A DNA stretch of 64,000 nucleotides, taken from contig OX597817.1 of the NCBI GenBank assembly GCA_951406725.2, positions 135,036,001-135,100,000 of the forward strand, written 5' to 3'. Of this stretch, positions 15,815 to 28,410 are shown piece by piece. A program made the translations under genes and the position numbers. Position 1 is the stretch's first letter, and the number at the start of each line of letters is the position of its first letter. This stretch comes from Octopus vulgaris (taxonomy: Eukaryota). The notes below the pieces were generated by a model. The model saw nothing but the letters and a program-made list of their open reading frames with translations, had not been told where the DNA came from and did not search any database.

Positions 15815-15851
<37 letters not shown>

Positions 15852-16059
15852 ACTCTCTCACTCTCTCTCTTTCTCCTATTTGTCTTTGTCTCACACAAAA
15901 ACTCTCTCCTTCACACAATCGTTCTATTCCGCTCGCTCGACCTTTGTTGTTATTTTTCTCTCTCGTTCTTTCTTACCGTCTACCTTTAATACTCTCCCTC
16001 GCTCCCTCTCTCTCTCCTTATCTATTACATATTCTCTTTTCTACCATTCCTTTCACACT

Positions 16060-16177
<118 letters not shown>

Positions 16178-16329
16178 TTATCTCTCTCTCTTTCTCACTC
16201 ATCTCACTCATTCCATCTCTCATTTTATCTCTGTTTCCTTTCCTTGATAATCACCATTTCCCAAATTTCGCCTCTCCTCTAACTTATTCTCTTTCATTTT
16301 CACACTTTCATCCACACAATCTCTCTCTA

Positions 16330-16427
<98 letters not shown>

Positions 16428-16819
16428 AATATATATATCTTCCTCTCGCTCACTCTATCTATAACTATTTACCGCATCTTCGTCTTTCTCTTTCTTTCTT
16501 TTCCGCTTGAAAATGTTCAATGTTCCCTCCTTCCCTCTCTCTGTCTCTCTCTGTCCCCCCACACACACACTATCACCCCACCCGTCTATCTATTTATTTA
16601 TCTATCTCAACCTACCTCTCTAATATTCTTTTTTTGTTCATTTTCACAAAATCTTATCCCGATTCGTCCAAAACTGACCAATGAAATGCCACGTTGATAT
16701 CGATAAAAGACAGGTACCTCATCCACCGAAACTTGAGCACGAAACAGGTCACTGGTTCGTTTCACAAGAACACGACCGACCATTAACGCTGCGTACATAT
16801 CTTCGTAAGTGTTGTGTTT

Positions 16820-17025
16820 TATGTTGTTTCTGCAGCCATGCTGGAGCACCGCCTTGAAGAGTTTCTTTAATAGAATAGATCAACCTCTGTACTTTTCTTT
16901 TTCTGAAGTCTTGTATTTATTCTATCGGTCTTTTATTGTCGAACCGCTGTGTTGCGGGGTCATGAACAAACCAATACCATTTTTCAAGCGGTGGTGGGGA
17001 ACAAAGTCAGGCACAAAGACATAGG
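16820..17025 (-). mobile_element. SINE family B 3' half
   Basis: GCCATGCTGGAGCACCGCCTTGAAG ... TATTCTATCGGTC ... GAACCGCT. Confidence 0.7.
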
Positions 17026-17038
17026 CACACACACGCAC

Positions 17039-17097
<59 letters not shown>

Positions 17098-17098
17098 C

Positions 17099-17154
<56 letters not shown>

Positions 17155-17324
17155 ATCGATGGCTATATTCACTTATATTTATATAAAACAAGTGACGGAA
17201 ATAGAAACTGGAATTCACGAGAATCTACATTCATCACATTGATCGTTTCGACCCATCCTGATTCCCTTGCAGATCAGATACTATACAACTGGTTGTTTTT
17301 CATCTTTCAGTGTCCTTATAAAGG

Positions 17325-17428
17325 CACCTGACGAGATATACATTTGCACCGAACGATGCAACACAACCAAGTGCATAGTACCCCACCGTCAAAGGACCGA
17401 TGCAAGATGGATCGAAACGATCGTTGTG
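17325..17428 (+). ncRNA. Type I hammerhead ribozyme core with long domain II (PLE terminal repeat)
   Basis: Stem I CAC(17325-27)/GTG(17426-28); CTGACGA 17328-34; stem II GAT..TTGCA/TGCAA..ATC enclosing ~50 nt; GAAA 17414-17; palindromic stem III CGATCG; GUU triplet. Confidence 0.6.
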
Positions 17429-17825
17429 ATGAATAGAGATTCTCGTGAATTCCAGTTACCGTTTCCTTCATTTGCTATATACCCAACATACTCTGTGGAA
17501 TTCCTCGGGTAGATCCAGTGACACTTATATCAAAACTGTGGATGACATCAGGTTGCCATGGACTGTGAAAGTGATTTAATCGGCATATTACTAGGTGTGT
17601 GTCAGTCTGTATGTATATATATATATATATATATATGCACACATTAAGTAGAGGACATCAACAACGGTGTAGAATATATAACCACATAACGAAGGACAAG
17701 TAGGAGACAAAATACCAAAAGAATCTAACTCCTCCTCAGTTGACGACTGTTTATTACTCCCTGTTTAGACTTTTCAACGACTATTTACATACATACATGC
17801 ATACATACATACATACATACATACA

Positions 17826-17861
<36 letters not shown>

Positions 17862-18249
17862 TACACATACATACACAAATAGATAGATAGATAGATTCAT
17901 TTATTTATTTATTTATTTATGTAGCATAAGTAACAGAGTGACTCAAAGTCCATGAGTTTCGTGCTAACGCACGAAACTCTCAGGCTTCGAGTCACTATGT
18001 TACTTCTGCTAAATATTAATAAAAATATACATATATTCATATTTTAAGGTCCATTTTTCTTCTTTGTACCAACATATATATATATATATATATGTTGGTA
18101 TGTACCAAAATATTTATATATATATATATACATATATATGTGCGTGTGTTTGTGTGTGTGTGCGTGTGTGTATACGCGCGTGCACACGCACACAGACACA
18201 CACACACATACACACACAAACATACACATGCACATATATAAATAAATAA

Positions 18250-18392
18250 GATCGTTTCCTTCAGTTTTTGTCTACCAACTCTACACACAGGATTTTCATT
18301 GGGCCGAGGCTATGGTAGAAGACAGTGGCTCAGCAGGACTGAACCCAGAACCATATGGTTGGGAAGTAAGTATCTTACCACACAGCCATGCC
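18250..18392 (-). mobile_element. SINE family B 5' half
   Basis: TTCAGTTT.GTCTACC ... GGACTGAACCC.GAACCAT ... CTTACCACACAGCCA. Confidence 0.7.
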
Positions 18393-19139
18393 TTCACCGA
18401 AGTATGTTTCTTATGTATAACGAAGGTAATGTCTCTACCTTAGTATTTAGTAGAGGTATACCACAGATTCAATGTATCCCATTACGATGAGCTTGTGCGA
18501 GTTTCGAATTAATCAAGCTATACTTTGTCCTTCCTACCTTATTTCCGACGAGGTAGGTCGCGAGTTCGGTTTGCGAAAAGACGAAATGTCTCAGCGCTGT
18601 ATACATATTTGGCATATTTTCATATGATTTCTCTGAACTATTCAATGTTTACACACCCGTCTTCGACTTTTGTTGGGTTTTTTTTGTAAATTCTCACCAT
18701 ATTCCATGTCCATTGTGTGACTAATATCGCATATCGAATTTGTTATGCAAACATAAAAATGTCTCTATTGCTTGTCCTACTCGGCTCGCATTGTGCTTGA
18801 AAAAGGCAACATAATAATTGGGAAAGGCAAAAATTAAAGAAATAGAGAATGCCTCCGCATGGAAAATGAACAATCATGTAATTAAATGCTTTAAACTGAG
18901 ATCTAACAGGTTACTGATAATGCGTTGTAGAATGCAAATCTTTCTAACAGGTTTAAGTGCCTAATTAGAGTGGATATATATTTAATCCCTCAGCAGAATA
19001 GTTCAAGAGTGTGCTCTGACAATAATAAAATCTCAACATAAGATTAAAGATATTTCAGTTGACCACCCACATGAAAATATATTATATGAAGATAAAATGT
19101 TTACATGTCTTTTGAGTATAGTATTGACTAAAACCTAAT

Positions 19140-19212
<73 letters not shown>

Positions 19213-19733
19213 TTTGCTTGACTGAGAGAGCAAGGACCCTAAATTTGCTTGATGCCTGGACTTTCTTAAACTCCAAAAGTGACATGTTCAGTCGGTGCCT
19301 TCATGTGATGAAATTCTTCATGTAGAGATGAAATTCCACGCCTTCCCACCAGCGAATGTGGATCGTAAATATACTAAACCTTTTCCGATGCAATGGAAAC
19401 TAGTCAAAGAGAGTTAACTCCATCTCGCCCCGAAAGGAAGTCGCTTGGTGATACTTCAGGGTTTTTGTCCCTTTTTTACAACCCTAACTGAACAAGACTG
19501 CATTCATATATCCAGGAGATATGTTATGAACCTCGATCAATAGGTCTGAAGTGTCACCATATCACTAAGAGAATAACAGGGCAAAACCAGCGGAAACTCC
19601 CTGACCAGCCATAACCAACAACTACATTTTATACACACACGAATACACACACACACATATACATATATATACGCACAAATGCATACATACATAGGTAAAT
19701 AGATAAATAAATAAATAAATAAATAAATAGATA

Positions 19734-20215
19734 TATTTCTTTATTGGCCACACAAGGATGAAGACAGAGGGGTCAAAATACAAAGTAGAGCTTTTCTTTT
19801 TCGCCGGAGAGAAGGAAAAGTAAAAGAAAAGGAAAGGGGTTAGAAATTCGATTAAAAGGGATCGTTAAAAAAAAGCTGATCAATAGGGGATCGAGTATCA
19901 CAGAAATGTCATAGTGTAAAAAGAGGAAACAGATTACGCTTATCCGTGGAAAGAAAAGCCTACAAAAAAGACCACAGTAACCTCGGGCAATAATATCATG
20001 CAAAAAAACGCATTACAGTAAGTGACTCTCCTTTGTCAATCGCACGTGCCATCCTTGCTACATTCACCCATGTTTTTTTTTAAACATTCACTAGATAAAA
20101 CTTCCCTCTCTACTCTCACTTTACTCTTCAAATGATACTTGTAGAAGTTGATGAGATATTGACCAGAGAGGAAAGTGCTTGTCTCTAAACCATTCAGATG
20201 TCTAGTTTCAATACT
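19734..20215 (-). mobile_element. Tx1/L1-type LINE 3' end (ORF2 C-terminus + 3' UTR)
   Basis: Minus ORF LNGLETSTFLSGQYLINFYKYHLKSKVRVEREVLSSEC resembles Tx1 ORF2 ends; 3' UTR ends CCCCTCTGTC...TGTGTGGCCAATAAAGAAATA. Confidence 0.6.
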
Positions 20216-20483
20216 CAATTAGATCGCCGTACACCCAATCTTCAGGTCTGGATTCTACACATTTATTACTCTATCTACATCCTATAAAACTGTATGATAA
20301 TTGAAATTATTTGACTCAAAATCGTTAACATAAATTTACTTTACAATTTAATGAATAAAAATAAAAATAAAAATAATGAATGAATGAACCTTAAAAGTTT
20401 AAGGACTAAAAGAAACTAAAAATACAAATAAAAATACGAAATAAAAATAAAAATAATACATATATATGTGTGTGTGCGTGTGT

Positions 20484-20542
<59 letters not shown>

Positions 20543-20543
<1 letters not shown>

Positions 20544-20893
20544 GAATACAAACTGGGACAAGAACGCAAAACATTTAGAAGACGATACAAAAAACACGGA
20601 TGGTATATTCGAAGGTTTCAATCTTCAGTCAAGAAGCCGATCATCCTCGCAATTTCGGCTGATTAATCTTGAGATTGCTCCAATCTGGCCAGCCCCAAAG
20701 GAAAATCTAAGTCAAGCGCATTAGATTCCTTGGAAGAAAGCTTCGAATGTATACAAAACAAGGACGGAAAAACGGACGAGGTACACGAATAAGAATACAA
20801 AAATACGTAAAAACAATAATGATAATAATAATAACAAAAACAGGACGTCACAGACAGGCGTCTATCGACAGGACGAGTAAACTTTGAGCTGGT
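20543..20893. repeat. Dispersed repeat family C (probably PLE terminal repeat)
   Basis: High identity over ~350 bp to 63462-63851. Confidence 0.8.
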
Positions 20894-20990
20894 GTGTTTA
20901 TATATATATATATGTATATATATATTTATATATATATACATATATAAATAGATATAGATATAGATATAGATATAGATATAGATATATATA

Positions 20991-21353
20991 CAACATCACA
21001 AAACCCTTTCGAACGAGCAATACTGATTCCACGGCTCCATGCTTTGAAATGACTAAACATGAAGTGCTACGGGAACTTACATACCATGTACAGGAAACAT
21101 TTTTACCACTTCTATGCACCATTTTCCTCGAATACTAGAACTGCAACTACAATATCTTTATATATCTTATTTCGACTTTCTCTCACTTCCCTCTATATTC
21201 CCTATCTTTTCCACAATAATTCGAACTCAGATATTCTCTCACACCGTTTCTGATGAAGGGATATCCATAATATCCCAGAAACAGCTGTAAGACTATTTCA
21301 TTATAAATGACCTGAAAACTCCTCACAGCCTTGGATTTCTTATCTTATTCTGC

Positions 21354-21355
<2 letters not shown>
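20991..21355 (+). mobile_element. Penelope-like 3' end (decayed EN C-terminus + terminal repeat with hammerhead)
   Basis: Frameshifted FERAIL...KHEVL...H.RKHF resembles the Naiad-type C-terminus; followed by a hammerhead core; flanked by (TA)n-type repeats. Confidence 0.55.
21246..21293 (+). ncRNA. Minimal type I hammerhead ribozyme
   Basis: Stem I GTTT/AGAC; CTGATGA 21250-56; stem II GGGATAT/ATATCCC (A-A at the closing position); GAAA 21278-81; palindromic CAGCTG; GUA, predicted cut after 21289. Confidence 0.75.
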
Positions 21356-21431
<76 letters not shown>

Positions 21432-21481
21432 GATGGATGGATGGATGGATGTATGTATGTATGTATGTATGTATGTATGTA

Positions 21482-21888
21482 TCATTTAACGTCCGTTTCC
21501 AGCCTGGTCCATTGTCTATTTTTTAATTTGCTTCTACGGCTCGATGCCCTTCATAACGCTGGACACTTTACAGAGTGTAGTGGGTGCCTTTTACGTGGTA
21601 CCATAAAAGTGCCAGTACCTTTCCTATGGCACCAGTACTGGTGCTTTTTGCGTGACACAAGCAAGATAGCATTTTATGCGGGACCCTGGTTTTATGATAT
21701 CAGTTTTCTTGTGATCGGTGGGTCTTCTTGAGTAGAGCAATATGTCACATCTCGGTCCCTTGCCATCGCCTTCATAAGGCCCAGTGTTTTGAGATTGGCC
21801 TTCAATACTTCGTCTCATGTCTTCCGGGATCTCCCTCGTCCACTTTGTATGATCGGCCCTTCTTTATACAGCTGTCCTCATTCCGCCC
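21482..21888 (-). mobile_element. RTE-clade LINE 3' end
   Basis: Minus translation NEDSCIKKGRSYKVD..GRSRKT*DEVLKANLKTLGLMKAMARDRDV*HIALLKKT is a typical RTE C-terminus (GRPRKTW..V..DL...DR..W); 3' UTR has GAAGGGCATC.AGCCGTAG. Confidence 0.75.
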
Positions 21889-22429
21889 CCAATCCATCCA
21901 TCCATCCATCCATCCACCCATACATACATACATACATACATATACATACATACATACATACATACACACACACATACATACATACATACATACATACATG
22001 CATACATTCATGCATACATACACACATACATACATACATACATACATACATACATACATACATACATACATACATACATACATACATACATACAAACATA
22101 CATACATATATACATACAAGCATACATACATACAAATTCTGTCATCAATGACAACAGGTTCCATGATGTGTCTGAGTGTGTGTGTTTGCGTCTCTGTGTG
22201 TGTTTGTGTGTATGCTTGTGTCTGTATGTATTTGTGTCTGTGTTTGTATGTGTGTGTTTTGTATGTGTGCGTATGTGTGTGCGTGTGTTTGTGTCTGTGT
22301 CTGTGTGTGTGTGTGTTTGTATGTTCTTTCTTGTGTGTGTGTGAGTGTGCTTGTGTCCTCCCTACATGAAACAAATATACAAGTTGAAGTATTCCAGAGA
22401 TCAATCACAAAGAATAACTGACGATATGT

Positions 22430-22776
22430 CAGGTCTTTATTACTGAGATAGGACTCAAGAAACTTTATTGCCTCCAACGCTACGGTGAGCACTACATCAT
22501 TCGTATGAGGTGGAACATATTCCGACAAGCGAATATTTTAGGATCGTTGCCCTCTCGCCCGAGCAAATTTTGCATCGTTTGCTTCCATTGAGTAATGGTC
22601 CAGGCTGTTCCAGGAGCTTCCATTTACTACTGTATGGCCTTTCTTTTTCTTTTGAACGCCATATGTTGTTGGTCAAAGCCGTAAGATTGTGCGTCATTGG
22701 GATCCTAGAAAAAGGACCTGTGCTATTTGGTCCCAGTTTAAAGGAGTCCTCCCTTGCTACGACGTATTTCCGTGTA
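22430..22776 (-). pseudogene. Penelope-like (Naiad-like) GIY-YIG endonuclease C-terminal fragment
   Basis: KYVVAREDSFK (degenerate YIG..E..FK) then TALTNNIWRSKEKERPYSSKWKLL...SKRCKICSGERATIL, matching T.LS..IW.LK....W.I....C.LC..EK..I. Confidence 0.65.
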
Positions 22777-22828
22777 TGTGTGTTTAGTTGTTGGTGCTGT
22801 TGCTACAATCGCTGCCGTTGCTGCTGCA

Positions 22829-22863
<35 letters not shown>

Positions 22864-23449
22864 TGTATGTATGTATGTATGTATGTATGTATGTATGCAT
22901 GCATGTATGTATGTATGTATGTATGTATGTATGTATGTATGTATGTATGTATGTATAGCGTATTCTTTCCATGCGTTATATAAAACCTGACTCTAAACAG
23001 AGAAAATAGTTCAAATACGTTTTTATTTGTAATACGTTTTATATTTCACAGGAAAAAGAGTCTCGACGCGGTTACAAATAGAAACTTGTTTATTGATATC
23101 ACACGGTCTCTGATGAACAATTAATTTTACTAAATAAAGTCTGCATATCAATGAATGCTGAACACGTCAAGATGAAATATGTGCAAAGCTGAACAAAGAA
23201 ATTTAGCTCTCAAAAAATTTAGGCTATATGCAACAAAGGAAATAAGTATGATAATACAGAGAAAACAATGTAAAAGCTCACAGAGTGTAACTTAATGGAA
23301 CGCGACAAAATTCAGTGAATAAAGTATTTTGAGAGTTCGTTTTGAAGCGTTCAGGTAATAGAATATTTATTAGAAAGAAACATGTCATAAAAAAATATAG
23401 TTTGAAAATAGGAAGAGCAATTTAGAACTGAATATGATATATAAGCATA

Positions 23450-23650
23450 GGCGACGAGCTGGCGGGATCGTTAGTAGGTCGGGTAAAATGAGTAGCGGCA
23501 TTTCGTTTGTCTTCGTGTTATGAGTTTAAATTCTTGCAGAGGTAGAATTTGCCATACGGGGTGGATAAAATAAATACCAATTGAACGCTGGGGTCGAAGT
23601 AATCGACTTATCTTTTCCCTCAAAATTGCTGGCCTTGTGTTAAAATTTAA
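23450..23650 (+). mobile_element. SINE family A, diverged
   Basis: GGCGA.GAGCTGGC..GATCGTTAG head, GATAAAATAA.TACC core, CCCTCAAAATTGCTGGCCTTGTG tail. Confidence 0.7.
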
Positions 23651-23708
23651 AGCGATATGCGATATACATGCAGAATTTAATAGAATGTGATTGTGCGTAT
23701 GTGTGTGA

Positions 23709-23749
<41 letters not shown>

Positions 23750-24194
23750 TGTGTGTGTGTCTTATCATGATAGAGAGTGACAGAAAGAGGAGAGAATGTG
23801 GGTGAAAGAGAATGTGGATGTGAGAGAAAATGTCTTCGCTGTCTCGGCGATCAGCTCAAACGAAAATGAAAAATGACGTTGCTTTTGTTAGAAAAAAATG
23901 GATGTCTCAAACGAAATATATCTTTTCTGCTTCGAAAAGCTCTAAAGTTAAGATTGAATTATTTGTGTTTATTCAATATTTGCTGGAAATATTGTTAAAA
24001 CAGAACCATGTGACATGCAGAGAAACAAACTCTTATCTGGAATTATTTTCTATTAGGCAACTTTTGACTGCAAAAATACAAAGCTTGCTTTCATTGGTTG
24101 AATACAGTCACTTGATATACACACAAACCTATGCAACTTCTTGGGTCACTTTTGCTAATTTTAAAGCTTAAAAAACAAACTACAACATATATTT

Positions 24195-24340
24195 TATCTT
24201 TTTACTTGTTTCAAATAAATGAATCAAATGAATCGACCCAAGTAGTTATTATTTTATTGGTCTCTTTTGCCGAACCGCTAAGTTACGAGAATGTAAATGT
24301 ACCAACACAAGTCGTCAAGCGGTAATGGGAACAAGCACAA
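24195..24340 (-). mobile_element. SINE family B 3' half
   Basis: TTTTACTTGTTTCA ... GGTCTCTTTTGCCGAACCGCTAAGTTACG. Confidence 0.7.
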
Positions 24341-24354
24341 ACACACACACATTC

Positions 24355-24963
24355 TTTTCTACTCCAGGCACAAGGCCCGAAATTTTGGGGGAGGGTCCAG
24401 TCAATTAGATTAACCCCAGTACGCAACTGGTACTTAATTTATCGACCTCGAAAGGAAGAAAGCAAAGTCGATCACAGCGAAATTTGAACACAAAACATAA
24501 AGGCAGACGGAATACTGCTAAGCCTTTCGCCCAGCATGCTAAAGTTTCTTATTTGTTTACTGCCAACAAGGGACTAAACATAAAGGGGACAAGCAAGGAC
24601 AGACAAAGGGATTAAGTCGATTACATTGACCCCAGTGCGTAACTGGTAGTTAATTTATCGACCCAGAAAGTATGAAAGGCAAAGTCGACCTCCGCGGAAT
24701 TTGAACTTAGAAAGTAGCGGCAGACGAAATACCTATTTCTTTACTACCCACAAGGGGCTAAACACAGAGAGGACAAACAAGGACAGATAAACGGATTAAG
24801 CCGATTATATCGACCCAGTACGTAACTGGTACTTAATTTATCAATCCCGAAAGGATGAAAGGTAAAGTCGACCTCAGCGCAATTTGAACTCAGAACGTAA
24901 CGGCAGACGAAATACTGCTAAACATTTCGCCCGGCGTGCTAACGTTTCTGCCAGCTCGCCGCC
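24355..24963 (-). mobile_element. SINE family A tandem trimer (two units with Tx1-like tail, then a terminal unit with the alternative tail)
   Basis: Three ~180-bp head-to-tail units each with GTCGACTTTGCCTTTCATCC.TT.GGG.TCGATAAATTAAGTACCAG; internal junctions at ~24549 and ~24733. Confidence 0.85.
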
Positions 24964-25116
24964 TTGCACGCACACACACTCACACACAAACACACACATA
25001 CACACACACACACACACACATTAACATATATAGTCTCACATTTCTCTATTTCTCTATAATAATAAACGATGTTGTTGGTTGGTTAGTTGGTTGAGTTCTT
25101 CAGTCACGCTTTATAT

Positions 25117-25375
25117 CAGTAGTTCTCAACAGGGTCTATAAGACCCTGGGGCTCCATATCAGAATTTTGTTGGAGGTCCACGGTAGCAATATCCTAAACT
25201 GGGAATCCGCAGTAAGAGTTCAAGTGTTTTTAGTAAAGTTTTGATTTCAATGTTTCTGTCGCAAGATACAGGTTTCTTTCTCTAACATTTTACAGAGTTC
25301 AACCTACACGAGTGAATGTGGGAAAAACAGAATAGGAATTTTGAAAGAAGTTCCTATAAAACTAGCTTTTAAATT
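25117..25375 (+). mobile_element. Possible hAT(Charlie)-like non-autonomous DNA transposon fragment
   Basis: Starts CAGTAGTTCTCAAC (Charlie-like TIR start); no matching right TIR seen. Confidence 0.35.
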
Positions 25376-26374
25376 ACGGAGATGTACTTGCATAGCGAGT
25401 GACTTGATCTGAGATCGTGTGCTGGAACGAAAACAATTGCAGCGTGGAAGGTGTTTATAAGCCATTTAAGAAACATACAAAAACCGTTAGATTCATTTCG
25501 ACATTTAAATTTAATTTGTCAAAATATTTTCGTCGCTTTGAGACCACGACCTGTTATCAAACGATTATAAGTGTCCATCAGAATAAAACAGAAATCAAAG
25601 GAGTCCATCGATAAAACAAAATTGTTGAGATCGTCTGCTTTACGTAGTATAGAGGACAGGAGATAGAGAGAGGAGAGAAGAGAGGGAGAGAAAGAGAGAG
25701 AGAAACGGTTAGTGTAAGAGTTGCAGTATGGATGCATTTACTTGGGGATAGACAATGCGTTTTACGCTCTTTTAGAAGGCTACAAACGAAGAGAAACAAA
25801 GAGAGAGGGAGGTGGGGATGAATCCGAGAGACATAGAAGTGGTTGTAGTGATGAACTCACGATCACATTGTCATGGTTTCGATTCCTGCAGCGAGTGATG
25901 CAAAGCACTTCACCTCACGTCGTTCTGCCATCGCTTCAACATCTGGCAGGTGGTAAAGGTAACGTGCACCTTCAAATGTAACGTCGATTTGAAGGCGGGA
26001 ATGAAAGAGTTTAGAACACACACACATGAACACCGCGCACAAATCATCTGTGCAGGTTCGATTTTTTTTCCCTTTTGACGGTTTCCGTGGTAGGACTGTG
26101 GCCATACTGGAATACCAGTTCAACAAGAAGTTTCGGAAGCTTCATGTTATTTACAAGAGTTCACTCTATATTATTTATTTTTTTATTTTTCGACCAATTT
26201 GCCCAAATCAGTCGAGCTGTTAAAGGGCTTAATCCAGTTTTTTATGAAATTTCTGAAAAAATTATTTTTTGTAATCTTTACCTATTGTAATCGATAAAAA
26301 ATATTCGATGTAAATTAGATTGATAAATTTATTTATTTATTTGTAATCAGAGAGTGAGAGAGAAGATGAATGAA

Positions 26375-26410
<36 letters not shown>

Positions 26411-26651
26411 TGTGTCTGTGTCTGTGTCTGTGTGTCTGAACTTTTATTATAGAAAACAACTTAGTGATTTTGTTTTCAGAGAGTTAGTACATCGGGCAAA
26501 AAGCTTAGTGACATTTCGTCCGTCTTTACATTCTGAGGTCAAATAATTCCGCTGAGGTAGATTTTGCCTTTCAACCTTTAGGAGTCGATGAAATAAGTAC
26601 CAGTCGAATACTAGGGTCGATATACTCAGCTACAAAGAATAAAGAAGTGAG

Positions 26652-27044
26652 ACGGCGAACTCTCAGAATCGTTAGCATGCTGGACGAAATGCTTACCGGT
26701 ATTTCGTCTGCCGTTACGTTCTGAGTTCAACTTCCAGCGAGGTCGACTTTGCCTTGCATCCTTTCGGGGTCGATTAAATAAGTACCAGTTATGCACTGGA
26801 GTCGATATAATCGACTTAATCCGTTTGTCTGTCCTTGTTTGTCCTCTCTTTGTTTAGCCCCTTGCGGGTAGTAAAGAAATTGGTATTTCGTTCTGGGTTC
26901 AAATTCCGCGGAGGTCGACTTTGCCTTACATTCTTTGGGGGTCGATAAATTAAGTACCAGTGAAACATTGGGGTTGATGTAATCGACTAGTTCCCCACCC
27001 CCGCCCACTAAAAAATTTCAAACCTTGTACCTATAGTAAAAATG

Positions 27045-27045
<1 letters not shown>
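26652..27045 (+). mobile_element. SINE family A dimer with (ATT)n tail
   Basis: Head GGCGAACT.CAGAATCGTTAGCA; two central domains; junction AAAGAAAT/GGTATTTCGT at ~26881. Confidence 0.85.
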
Positions 27046-27085
<40 letters not shown>

Positions 27086-27099
27086 GATTATGATTATTA

Positions 27100-27310
27100 A
27101 GGCGGCGAGCTAGCAGAATAGTTAGCACGCCGGATAAAATGCTTAGCGGCATTTCGTCCGTCTTTAGGTTATCATTTCAAATTCCCCCGAGGTCGACTTT
27201 GCCGTTCATCCTTTTGGGTCTACTTTGGAAGATACTGGCCCAAGGTTCCGTGCAGTGGGACCGAAACCGAAGCCCCGTAGTTGAAAAGCGAGCTTCTTAA
27301 CCAAACAGCC
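27100..27310. mobile_element. SINE family A 5' part (+) fused to SINE family B 5' part (-)
   Basis: GGCGGCGAGCTAGCAGAAT..GTCGACTTTGCC, then GAAGATACTGGCCCAAGG..GCAGTGGGACCGAA. Confidence 0.7.
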
Positions 27311-27611
27311 AGAATGAAATGAAGTTGTCACGGAACACGTGAACCAATTTACAAAGAATCACAGAATGACCTTCAGGAAATTTCAAAATCGTGATGACAT
27401 TTCGCTTTGGATTCGAATAGCCAAACGGCCGATCCATGACCTATTGACGAAATTAAACACAACCAACACAAAACTTTCAAAAACAAATCTTTTGGAGTTT
27501 CAACCGAGAGAAGTGGACCGATTTACATAGTGAATGGTGTTAATAATACCATTTAAAAGCTTTTGTTTGTTTCTCTGGTTGATGTCAACTCTTTTTAAAG
27601 AAATAATGAAA

Positions 27612-27866
27612 TTGTGCAGAGTCAAAAGTTTTGCAATATATGTTGATAACTTGTTTGCTTTATTCTCCATGTTACGACAAAATCAGCCTAAAATTCAAAG
27701 TAAAGGCCATCGTGTTGCACTGTCTGAAGCTACTTTTTGCCAATTCTTTGATCCTAGACTGAAACCATTTCTTCTTCTTCGAAGCGAAGAACTCTTTCAT
27801 TGAAGCTTCCATCTCCTCTTGGGAAATAAGTCACCAAAATATTGCAAAGGTTTTGACTCAACACAA
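27612..27866 (-). mobile_element. mariner-derived MITE / internally deleted mariner
   Basis: TIRs TTGTGCAGAGTCAAAAGTTTTGCAATA / TATTGCAAAGGTTTTGACTCAACACAA with TA on the right; interior minus SQEEMEASMKEFFASKKKKWFQSRIKELA/K*LQTVQHDGLYFE is a mariner transposase C-terminus. Confidence 0.8.
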
Positions 27867-28052
27867 TATTTTATCCTTGATCTTTCACTTGTTTTAATCA
27901 TTGGACTGCGACCATACACGGGCTCTGCCTTGAGGGTTTTTTTAGTCGAACAAATCGACCCCGGTTCTTACGATTCTTCTAAGTCTGACGCTTATCATTT
28001 CATTCTCTTTTGCCGAACACACACACACATCCATACATACATGCATACGTAC

Positions 28053-28115
<63 letters not shown>

Positions 28116-28180
28116 CATACATACACACATACATACATACATATATATATATATACACATACATATATATATATATATAC

Positions 28181-28239
<59 letters not shown>

Positions 28240-28283
28240 CATATATTTATATACATACATACATACATACATACATACATACA

Positions 28284-28318
<35 letters not shown>

Positions 28319-28410
28319 GTGTGTGTGTGTGAAAGACAGGCAGGCAGATAGATGAAAGGATGCTTTGTAACCCATATCAGTGGCTGCACCAAAGACGATA
28401 TTTCATTTAG

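Noticed and set aside
22497-22697. Possible selenocysteine-type Naiad
   Set aside because: The CxxC cysteines are TGC, not TGA, and no convincing SECIS was seen.
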